Assembly (NCBI GenBank): GCA_965205675.1
Contig: OZ242186.1
Coordinates: 1,440,001 to 1,504,000, forward strand
Origin: Nitrosopumilus sp.
Lineage (GTDB): Archaea > Thermoproteota > Nitrososphaeria > Nitrososphaerales > Nitrosopumilaceae
Direction: 5' to 3'
Length of the DNA stretch: 64,000 nucleotides
The notes below the pieces were generated by a model. The model saw nothing but the letters and a program-made list of their open reading frames with translations, made no database searches and was not told where the DNA came from. Made by a program: the position numbers and the translations under genes. This document shows positions 32,801 through 39,650 of the stretch, piece by piece (position 1 is the stretch's first letter; each line of letters starts with the position of its first letter).

Positions 32801-33325
32801 ATTAGATATAATCTGATCACCATTAATGGTCAACCAATCAGGAACTGCTTCGTTATCAGTTGTAGTTAATGTAAATGTTGGATTTGTAAAACCAGTGTGT
32901 GAGATATTAATAATGGACTGGATACCTTCAAATGAAAAAGAATCTTCTACAAATACAAATGGTGATACAATATCCACAGCTACGGAGATGGTCTGAGATA
33001 CAGTACTTTGTCCATCAGATACAAAAACATCAAAGGTGTGTGTACCGGCTTGTAATTCAGTTGGAGTCCATGAGAATGCGCCTGTGTTACTATTGATGGT
33101 AGCACCTTCAGGTTCATCATTCAGAGAATATACAAGTACATCAGCATCAGCGTCACTGGCTGATACAATAAAGGTTAGCGGTATATTGGCAATTGCTGAT
33201 TGCGGAGTTGTAATGGGACTGATTACCGGCGCAGTATTCACCTGAGCAAGAACGTTGTTGACAGGAACTAACGCTAAAACAAAAATCAGTATTGCAGAGT
33301 ATAATATTAGTCTTGTAGAAATCAT
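26834..33325 (-). CDS. Giant secreted/surface protein with cadherin-like/putative-Ig and bacterial Ig-like repeats, 2163 aa
   Basis: Signal peptide; 3 PEGATI..TG.FSWTP domains; one GTAEPGSTV...TDTAGN Ig domain; 11 units of ~119 aa; Pro/Ser/Gly linker; C-terminal IP.WIK-type domain as in nitrosopumilid surface proteins. Confidence 0.85.
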   Translation of the reverse strand: MISTRLILYSAILIFVLALVPVNNVLAQVNTAPVISPITTPQSAIANIPLTFIVSASDADADVLVYSLNDEPEGATINSNTGAFSWTPTELQAGTHTFDVFVSDGQSTVSQTISVAVDIVSPFVFVEDSFSFEGIQSIINISHTGFTNPTFTLTTTDNEAVPDWLTINGDQIISNPPFDVITSDSEFLKEFNFIVSGSDSDDSASDSFTLTVGDLNAVPVISPITTPQSAIANIPLTFIVSASDADDADVLVYSLNDEPEGATINSNTGAFSWTPTELQAGTHTFDVFVSDGQSTVSQTISVAVDIVSPFVFVEDSFSFEGIQSIINISHTGFTNPTFTLTTTDNEAVPDWLTINGDQIISNPPFDVITSDSEFLKEFNFIVSGSDSDDSASDSFTLTVGDLNAVPVISPITTPQSAIANIPLTFIVSASDADDADVLVYSLNDEPEGATINSNTGAFSWTPTELQAGTHTFDVIVSDGQSTVSQTISVAVNIIPIITSPSTSTVNTESIDISGTAEPGSTVQLLRNSNEVPGRSTTAASDGTWSFDSFTLVQGNNELTVIATDTAGNKSALSDPVTVTLDTTAPTFVSGVMQEGTGVLTVNFSETIDPSHITVNGFTISDTISSNASPPVSLAGLATAVDPGSPDTITITLTEAQRQQVIGYTGTGGNLHLDIAAGAVRDTAQNNIVASVDNEITMVVDTILPTFVSGVMQEGTGVLTVNFSETIDPSNIMVERFTISDTISSNASPPVSLAGLATAVDPGSPDTITITLTEAQRQQVIGYTGTGGNLHLDIAAGAVRDTVQNNIAASVDNEITMVVDTILPTFVSGVMQEGTGVLTVNFSETIDPSHITVNGFTISDTISSNASPPVSLAGLATAVDPGSPDTITITLTEAQRQQVIGYTGTGGNLHLDIAAGAVRDTAQNNIVASVDNEITMVVDTILPTFVSGVMQEGTGVLTVNFSETIDPSNIMVERFTISDTISSNASPPVSLAGLATAVDPGSPDTITITLTEAQRQQVIGYTGTGGNLHLDIAAGAVRDTVQNNIAASVDNEITMVVDTILPTFVFGVLQEGAGVLFVTFSETIDPSNIMVERFTITDDLESGIEARLSVSLAGATPAIIFGAPDTLTITLTEAQRQLILPYTGSLHLDIAAGAVRDTVQNNIAASEDNLIIRTNDAIPPTFVSGVMQEGTGVLTVNFSETIDPSHITVDGFTISDTISSNASPPVSLAGLATAVDPGSPDTITITLTEAQRQQVIGYTGTGGNLHLDIAAGAVRDTAQNNIVASVDNEITMVVDTILPTFVSGVMQEGTGVLTVNFSETIDPSHITVNGFTISDTISSNASPPVSLAGLATAVDPGSPDTITITLTEAQRQQVIGYTGTGGNLHLDIAAGAVRDTVQNNIAASVDNEITMVVDTILPTFVSGVMQEGTGVLTVNFSETIDPSHITVDGFTISDTISSNASPPVSLAGLATAVDPGSPDTITITLTEAQRQQVIGYTGTGGNLHLDIAAGAVRDTVQNNIAASVDNEITMVVDTILPTFVSAVVQEGTGVLSVTFSEAIDSDVTVDSFTISDTVTGNALPPVSLAGATPDIDSTSTDTLTITLTETQRQQVIAYTGTVNNNDTNLHLDIAEGAVQDTSENDVAASEDDPITSVGDTILPTFVSAVVQEGTGVLTVNFSETISPDSIIVGNFTISDTVGNSIPVSLAGTASAIDPISAHTITITLNEQQRQRVIGYTGTSDNLHLDIAEGAVQDTSENGIAASEDNPLEMVDDQIEPTFVSGVIHKVTGLLTVTFSETIDPDNITVDSFTISGTTGSSMSVSLAGAIHASPNSDTLEITVTEQQREEIISYIANSNSDDLHLDIAAGAIRDTAQNNIISSENNLITSTGTLPPPPTSSSGGSGRINVAVSEESHAEFLHKDINKSSCDSKGFGMGISLRIFSIGYDRETSTVNVELLSTCGPASVSVSTDAGVHLAALSLTSEQSPQSSANEAEKQHLVYSATINSDADSFAVTAKDKRDTFTQTITLSDDFVEKKYHHRTGYTSEQQSSLDILNAIEDDPRPIADKTVQKNTDPIPLWIKSDLKLWNGSPARDIFFFNSIDYLIDNHYIVYEDWEKSKSLQDIDTYPQWLLNDVGNYTDGNLTDMEFTELIETLIEERVIRIAK
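27680..31575 (-). repeat. Intragenic ~357-bp tandem repeat, 11 units (7 near-identical)
   Basis: Each unit starts PTFV.....EGTGVL; 357-bp period visible in DNA and in shadow ORFs. Confidence 0.95.
31853..33230 (-). repeat. Intragenic 561-bp tandem repeat, ~2.5 units
   Basis: Near-identical DNA with a 561-bp period; 3-bp indel (DADADV vs DADDADV). Confidence 0.95.
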
Positions 33326-33437
33326 ATTATATCACACATTAAATTTATAGGCACATACGAGAAAAGCATTTGATTTGAGAACATTAAATCACTTCTCAAC
33401 AAAGATAATTTAAGTATATTGCTTTGTTGGAACTGGT

Positions 33438-33761
33438 TGTTGTATCCCAAAATCAGTTCGTCCCTTATTTGACATCGTATTCTTCTCCTGTCTGCTCATC
33501 AATAACTCTTGTTCCTTTCTCTGGCATCTTTCTTGCATATGCCTTTACAGGGGTCTCAAGATTATCCCAGTCAAGTGACATGTGTGGCTTTATGTGGTTG
33601 TACCAGTGGACCAGCTCATCAATGGTGCCAAACCATTTCTGCTTTCTCTGAATCTCGCCGTGAAATCTTTCTAACTTTCCGTTTGTCTGGGGATGATTCA
33701 CTCTTGCCATGATGTGTTTTATTCCAAGTCTAACCAGTTCTTGCTCAAACTGTGATGCTCC
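33438..33761 (-). mobile_element. IS481-family 3' remnant truncated by IS66
   Basis: TGT terminus; HPQTNGKLERFH...YNHIKPHMSL...TP integrase-core end. Confidence 0.85.
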
Positions 33762-35245
33762 GTAACTGTCTAGAGTTTTGAAGTAAAATCTCCAAGATAT
33801 TCTAAAGAATAATCATGAAAGTTTAATCCTCGTAATCTGCATGTCTCCTTTATACTCATCAGTATCTTATGAGAATCAGCACCATGAATGGTTCTATGAC
33901 CGTTTGTAATTTTACGAATTATCACATTTGGTCTGATTGCCCTCTCTGCTGTGTTATTGTGTGAATCAGTTCCAGTAATTAGGAATGTAAAAAGCATTTC
34001 TCTCTCACGTTTCAATCTTTTTACAAACCTGATACAGTTTTTCTCTGTGTATTTTTTTGATATGATGTGATTAATTCTCCTTTCAAGATTCTTTTTTGCA
34101 TGGATTCTTTCTGATTCTGATTTTATTTTTGCCACACCATGAGAGTCATAAATTATTTTCTTGAGATTCTTGGCAAATGGTGCAAATTCTGGTCCGGGAT
34201 TCTTGTGATTAATGGTATCATTAACCTCTCTGAGATAATGGATGTGACATTTCTGGTGAGTGCTTCCAACATGGTTCCATGCAGGGTACGAATCACTTGT
34301 AATGTTGCCATCATATCCCTTGAGAATTCTCTTGGGAACATCCATTGAACGTGATTTGTCAATCTCGTAAATTACAGTCCATTTACTCACAAATGCCCAC
34401 AACCAGTGGTTCTGGCCATCTACCCTCCAACTTGTCTCATCACCATGTATGTTTAGATCTTCTTTTAACTCCACAATCATTGTATCATATCTGCTCCCAA
34501 ATGCTTTTGATACTATTGATACTGCATGATTAATTGCAGATTCTGTAATGTGCAGTGAGAAGAGCATCTGCAAAAGATGAGATATTTTACCATACGATAA
34601 TCCGATAGTTTTTAGTGATGTGATTAGCACCATGAGCCTAATTCCAAACCTTTCATTTGACAGTACAGTGTGAATGTTACCCGAGATTTGTTTTTTGCAG
34701 TTTGTGCAGTATCGTCTAACTATCGTATATTTTGTCACAACTGCTTTTGCAGGAATGATGTCTTCTACTATTCTGGTGTATGAATCAGTTGGTTCTGAGA
34801 GTGATTTGCCACATGTGTTGCACTCTTTTTGGTCAACTGTAATGGCATCATCAATGTGTGCTGTGCATTTCCAAAGACGCACATAATGGATTTTCTTCTT
34901 TTTGGTCAACTGTAATGGCATCATCAATGTGTGCCCGTCTGCTTCTGCTTTTTCTAGGATGTCTTGATGTTTTCTTCTTTTTTGCAGTTTCAGTCTTGTT
35001 TGGTTTTGCTTTGATATTTCTTGCAACAAGTGTAGACACTGTTTGTTTTAGTTCTGCAATTTCTCTGTGTAGTGATTCAATATCTTTGCGTAACTGACGG
35101 TTTTCTTGCTCCAGCGAGTGACATCTGTTACGATAATATTCCAGCTCATCATATACTGACAATTGTATATTGTAATTTGTCACTGATCAGAAAAGATATA
35201 GATAAAAAATATTAAAGAAAGTACTTCAAAACTCTAGACAGTTAC
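33762..35245 (-). mobile_element. IS66 family element, copy 2 (1484 bp), transposase frameshifted by a 73-bp insertion
   Basis: Same 24-bp IRs; 73 bp longer than copies 1 and 3; ORF split into 34851..35183 and 33770..35029. Confidence 0.95.
34824..34934. repeat. Repeat-spacer-repeat unit: 38-bp exact duplication around a 35-bp unique insert
   Basis: TCTTTTTGGTCAACTGTAATGGCATCATCAATGTGTGC at 34824-34861 and 34897-34934; single in the other IS66 copies. Confidence 0.95.
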
Positions 35246-35251
35246 AAAAAA

Positions 35252-35412
35252 TGTTGTATCCTAGAATCGGCTCGTCTCTTATTTCACATCATATTCTTCC
35301 CCTGTCTGCTCATCCATAACACCCTTGTTTCCCTTTTCTGGCATCTTTTTCACATTGCTTTTGCAGGTGTCCTTAGATTGTCCCAGTCAAGTAACATATG
35401 CGGTTTTATATA
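35252..35412 (-). mobile_element. Degenerate IS481 3' remnant
   Basis: Diverged copy of 33438-33600. Confidence 0.7.
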
Positions 35413-35549
35413 ATTACTTGATAATAATAATCAGACAAATAATCGAGATTGATGAGAAGGCCAAGTGGAAAACTATTATTCAAAATACTAGTCTACACAA
35501 GGAAAATTCAATTTGAATAAGATCTGTATTTCATATAACCCCTCGAAGA

Positions 35550-35897
35550 TTACATAGAATCGGATTTCTTTTTACTTTTCTGAATCAAAATTTTCTTTAT
35601 TCTAGAAATTGTAGGATAACTGTAACTCCTCCTACGATAATTTGCAATCATAATTTTCCAATTTTTTAATCTCCATTGAGCTTGTTCGGCAGTAACAGAA
35701 TGAACTTCTTTCTGAATGATACTTTTCCTGCCTACTTTTAGAGTTCCAGCATCTTTTGCAGACCATCTATTTTTTGCAAATTTAAGACCAGAAAGGATCT
35801 CAGACACAGGCATTTCTTTGAAATAGGCTTTCAATCTTTTTAATTCTGCATCAGACGGCTTTTTAGAAATTAGTAATTCGATAGTAGACTTTGCCAC
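35550..35897 (-). CDS. Basic hypothetical protein
   Basis: 115-aa Lys/Arg-rich ORF. Confidence 0.65.
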   Translation of the reverse strand: MAKSTIELLISKKPSDAELKRLKAYFKEMPVSEILSGLKFAKNRWSAKDAGTLKVGRKSIIQKEVHSVTAEQAQWRLKNWKIMIANYRRRSYSYPTISRIKKILIQKSKKKSDSM

Positions 35898-36089
35898 AAT
35901 AAACAGTTCGGGTTATTGCTTAAGAGAATCTTGCTAAAGAATCATTTACTAATTGGTTCTAGTCATGTTTATTTATCAAAAATTGTCATTTTAGGCATGA
36001 GATATGCAATAATCTATGAAAAAATTAATAATTTTGATGTATTGGAGAGTATTGGGATGAGTTGTATGTATGGGAAATTGATATTTGTG

Positions 36090-36403
36090 AAACATTTGAG
36101 CAGGAACTGGTAAAACTAGAGATAAAACACATCATGGCAAGAGTAAACCATCCACAGATAAACGGCAAGCTGGAAAGATTCCACGATGAGATTCAAAGAA
36201 AACAGAAATGGTTTGAGACTGTAGATGAGATGGTCCACTGGTATAACTATATCAAACCACACATGTAACTTGACTGGGATTAATTTTGAGACACCAGCAA
36301 AGACTGCAAGAAAGATGCCAGAGAAAAGAACAAGAGTTGTTGATGAGCAGACAGGAGAAGAGTACGATGCAGAATAAGGGGCGAACTGATTTTGGGAAAT
36401 ATC
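36090..36403 (+). mobile_element. Degenerate IS481 3' remnant
   Basis: ARVNHPQINGKLERFH...YNYIKPHM*; homologous to 33438-33761. Confidence 0.75.
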
Positions 36404-36513
36404 AATTGAAATTCTCAAATATTTCTTTGTAAAGATAATTATTCATTACTTTAGAAATAACAAAAATAATTATTTCCTAGAATGTGTAATTTGATGTACT
36501 TTCCCATCTGCTG

Positions 36514-36691
36514 ATGATTGAAGAGATTTGGAGACAGTGCAAACATGCTAATGTTGAATCAGATTTTTATGAATCTATTCATGAAATGAGGCATACAGTT
36601 ATGGAATATTTTAGAACCCATAAATTTGATTTGAATATGTATCAGTATTTTGCAAGAACAGTGAATTGAAAAGACTTATGATCTGGGGTAT
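36514..36691 (+). mobile_element. 3' remnant of the IS630 element found intact at 42575
   Basis: Near-identical to ~43487-43665, including the right IR. Confidence 0.85.
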
Positions 36692-36740
36692 AAGTATGGT
36701 GAAAATATACTTTTAATAGTTGAATTTAAGATAATTCGTA

Positions 36741-37280
36741 TTGATAGATAAGATTGATGAATTGATAATTTCTGCCCTCTCTCAAAATTCAAAACAAAAA
36801 GTTTTTGAGATTTGGGATTTTTTGAAGGGATTTAATTATGATTTAACAGAAGATGAAATTGAATCAAGAATATCAAAACTTGAAGAAGATAAAATTATTA
36901 AAGGATACACAATAACTGTAGATGCAAAGAAAATTTTACACAAGGTCATACGCGTAGATCTTGTCACGTTTAGGATATCTCAAGCACTTCCAAAAAGAGT
37001 AGATGGATTAAAAAAATATCTCAATGATGCGCCATTTGTTTTATTCTCAGGTAAAACGCGTGGGGGGTATGATTGGATTACAGTAAAATCATTTTTATCA
37101 AACGATATGGCGGATGAAGAAAGTGATATTTATCGAAATTTGTTTGGAGATATTATTCAAACATATGAGGTATATGATTTTGTTCCACAGACAGATGCAT
37201 CAATTTATGCATTAACTTATACAGAAATTGAATATAAAAAATTTCTCAAAGAATGGACACCTCCATTTATTGGATCATAA
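36741..37280 (+). CDS. Lrp/AsnC-family transcriptional regulator
   Basis: DKIDELII..L..NS...RI.KLEE..IIKGYT HTH plus RAM-like domain. Confidence 0.8.
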   Translation: MIDKIDELIISALSQNSKQKVFEIWDFLKGFNYDLTEDEIESRISKLEEDKIIKGYTITVDAKKILHKVIRVDLVTFRISQALPKRVDGLKKYLNDAPFVLFSGKTRGGYDWITVKSFLSNDMADEESDIYRNLFGDIIQTYEVYDFVPQTDASIYALTYTEIEYKKFLKEWTPPFIGS

Positions 37281-37281
37281 A

Positions 37282-38118
37282 TTATAACTTTGTTTTTTTA
37301 AAGTGAATTGTCTCATCTATCATTGAATGGGTTTGTAATCTCAAACTCATCAAAAATTTAATCACCTCTGCTCTTTGTTTTGGATTAATTCCATGTGCAT
37401 CTTCTATCAGGTCATCAATTCTTGAAAGCGTAATTTTTAGAGATAAATGAGTTTTTTTTATCAAATTAAGTGCCTTTGAATTTTTGTTAGTAACTTGATT
37501 GTTATTTTTAATCGTTTTTTTGATGACACGGATTTGTTTTACAGTCATCTTTTTGTTGACTATCTCATCTACTAGATCACTATTTTGTGATCCATTAATT
37601 GAAGTTAATTCCAATGCTTGACTTACACTCAAATCATTTTGAAGGATTTTTTCTTGTATATTATTTGAAAGTTTTAAGAGCTGCATTCGATGAGACACAT
37701 ATTCTTCACTCTTTCCAATTTTTTGAGCTAAATCTCTTACTGCTCCCCATCCGTATTCATTTACATATTTTTGGTAAGCTTCTGCCTCCTCTATCGGATC
37801 CATAGATTTTCTCTGAATGTTTTCAGTTAATTGAATCTCATATGCCTGTTTGTCTGTCAAGTCTCGAATTTTACTTGGAATGAATCTCCAACGTAGGGAT
37901 CTACATGCTACATATCTACGATGTCCTGCAACTACCTCAAACCCATGATCAAGAGGTCTAATTACAATTGGTTGCAATAGCCCATGTGTCTTTATGCTAG
38001 ATTTTAGATTTGCTAGTTCTTGAGAATTTGAAGCTGCCATATACCTGACAGGGGATTTTGATGGTCGAATCATTCGAATTTCAATGGGCTCTACAATTGA
38101 ATTATCAATTATTTCCAT
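37282..38118 (-). CDS. ParB/Spo0J-like protein
   Basis: L..SI..HGLLQPI, VVAGHRR, ENIQR, HTH (LAQKIGKS..YVS). Confidence 0.9.
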   Translation of the reverse strand: MEIIDNSIVEPIEIRMIRPSKSPVRYMAASNSQELANLKSSIKTHGLLQPIVIRPLDHGFEVVAGHRRYVACRSLRWRFIPSKIRDLTDKQAYEIQLTENIQRKSMDPIEEAEAYQKYVNEYGWGAVRDLAQKIGKSEEYVSHRMQLLKLSNNIQEKILQNDLSVSQALELTSINGSQNSDLVDEIVNKKMTVKQIRVIKKTIKNNNQVTNKNSKALNLIKKTHLSLKITLSRIDDLIEDAHGINPKQRAEVIKFLMSLRLQTHSMIDETIHFKKTKL

Positions 38119-38537
38119 TTGGAATCCTCATATTCTAAATTGATAAAATGAAAATAGTATTTAACTTTTAATCAAAAAATTACAATAATTTTTAATTGCT
38201 GTTAAATTAATTTTATAATAACTAAAATTTCATAAAATCATCATATAGCGACGATCAAAAGTTCGTAAACATCTTTACAGTATTTCTAAAGATACAATTT
38301 GCAACATCAATCTTGAATCTTGTCATTCTAAAATATTTTGACACTGTATCATTTATCGTAAACATTGTATAATATTCTGAAACCTGCAACGCATACTTGC
38401 TTATCTTCCAGCATTGTTCTATCATGTTCTTCAAGTACGGCGATCCTTTTGGCAACCATATTAGTTTGACATCTCTATTGTTTGCAAGATATTCTTTTAC
38501 TTTTTTTGATTTGTGAACTGATGCTCAGTATAGCATG

Positions 38538-38632
38538 ATTGCAATCTTGCCATATTTCCAGTGCGACCTTGGAGCATGAAGTAGCTCACGCCAACTTTGA
38601 CAATTGCAATCTTGCCATATTTCCAGTGCGAC
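38538..38632. repeat. Repeat-spacer-repeat unit: 30-bp exact duplication around a 35-bp unique insert
   Basis: ATTGCAATCTTGCCATATTTCCAGTGCGAC at 38538-38567 and 38603-38632. Confidence 0.95.
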
Positions 38633-38939
38633 TCCTTTAGATATTCTACAAATCTTCCAGCATTGAATCTGTCATAAATTTTAAACAGCTGATTGTTATT
38701 TTCCATAATTGTTCCATACTGCCAAACTTTCATGATTGCCTAGGTATGAAAGAAATATTCTCTTGGCAACTGGTGACTGGGTATTTTTTCCTGTCTTTGT
38801 ATCCCTTAGAAAAAATGCCTCATCAGCCATTGCAATGACAAATCCTTCTTTTTTAGGCGTAAAATTCTCTTTCTGATGCGTTGCTGCCAGCTTTTCACAG
38901 CAGATACGCTTGCATGGTGGATGTGATATTTTTGTGCAG

Positions 38940-39081
38940 TAGATGTCTTGCGTAATTATTTCTAGGCGTGAATTTTGCTGCAGGATTTTTCAAATTGGTT
39001 GAGAAATTTGAATTTTCAGGTATGAATTCTGTTAAAATACAAAATTTGAGAAAAAATCTCTATAATTACGCAAGAGGTCTA
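38940..39081. mobile_element. MITE (~140 bp) nested in the IS630 relic
   Basis: IRs TAGA(TG/CC)TCTTGCGTAATTA; same end at 439. Confidence 0.7.
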
Positions 39082-39352
39082 GTTTTTGCAGATATCCTAC
39101 TGGTGCATTATCTTTCTGATGTGAGTAATGTGAAATTTCACTCCAGTGGAATAAGATATTGCTTGCTGTAGCATCACAGGCGTAAACAAAGTTAGCATTG
39201 CCTTTGAGATGATACAGTCCGTTTTCTTCTTTGAAATTGTTCTTGGTCTTCCACTCCTTGGATGGTCGTAGAGGCCATCGATTTCAAAACAATTCACTCA
39301 TTTTCGTACCCAGATTGTGCAGTGTCTTTGCAGTGTGTTCTATTTCCTTACC

Positions 39353-39462
39353 ATCTTTTAGAATCATCAATACTGCCAAGCATTCTTACCTCTAGTCAGA
39401 ATTTCTTGATGTCGTTGGATTAATTATCTTTTAGAATCATCAATACTGCCAAGCATTCTTAC
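39353..39462. repeat. Repeat-spacer-repeat unit: 37-bp exact duplication around a 36-bp unique insert
   Basis: ATCTTTTAGAATCATCAATACTGCCAAGCATTCTTAC at 39353-39389 and 39426-39462. Confidence 0.95.
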
Positions 39463-39650
39463 TGCAACTTTTGAATTTTTTGTAATGCTGCTTTCAAGGG
39501 ATTCTAACTTCCATGTATTTTGTTGGGTTGACTGATCAAAAGGTTTTTTGTTTTGGAATTATTTAGTTCACGAACTTTGTCTTTTCGCTATACAATACTA
39601 TTGATTTGACATGAGGATCATTCTAATACATCATTTCTCAAAGAATCCTG

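Larger units (their letters stand above)
38246..39590 (-). mobile_element. Decayed IS630-family element
   Basis: TA-flanked imperfect IRs TAGCGA...AAAGTTCGT; fragments PRSGRP, GSPYL..IEQCW; solo ends of the same family at 25661, 42416 and 43807. Confidence 0.85.

Noticed and set aside
27270-33245. Many repeated plus-strand ORFs of 69-170 aa
   Set aside because: Antisense shadows of the giant repeat gene; they recur with its 357-bp and 561-bp periods.
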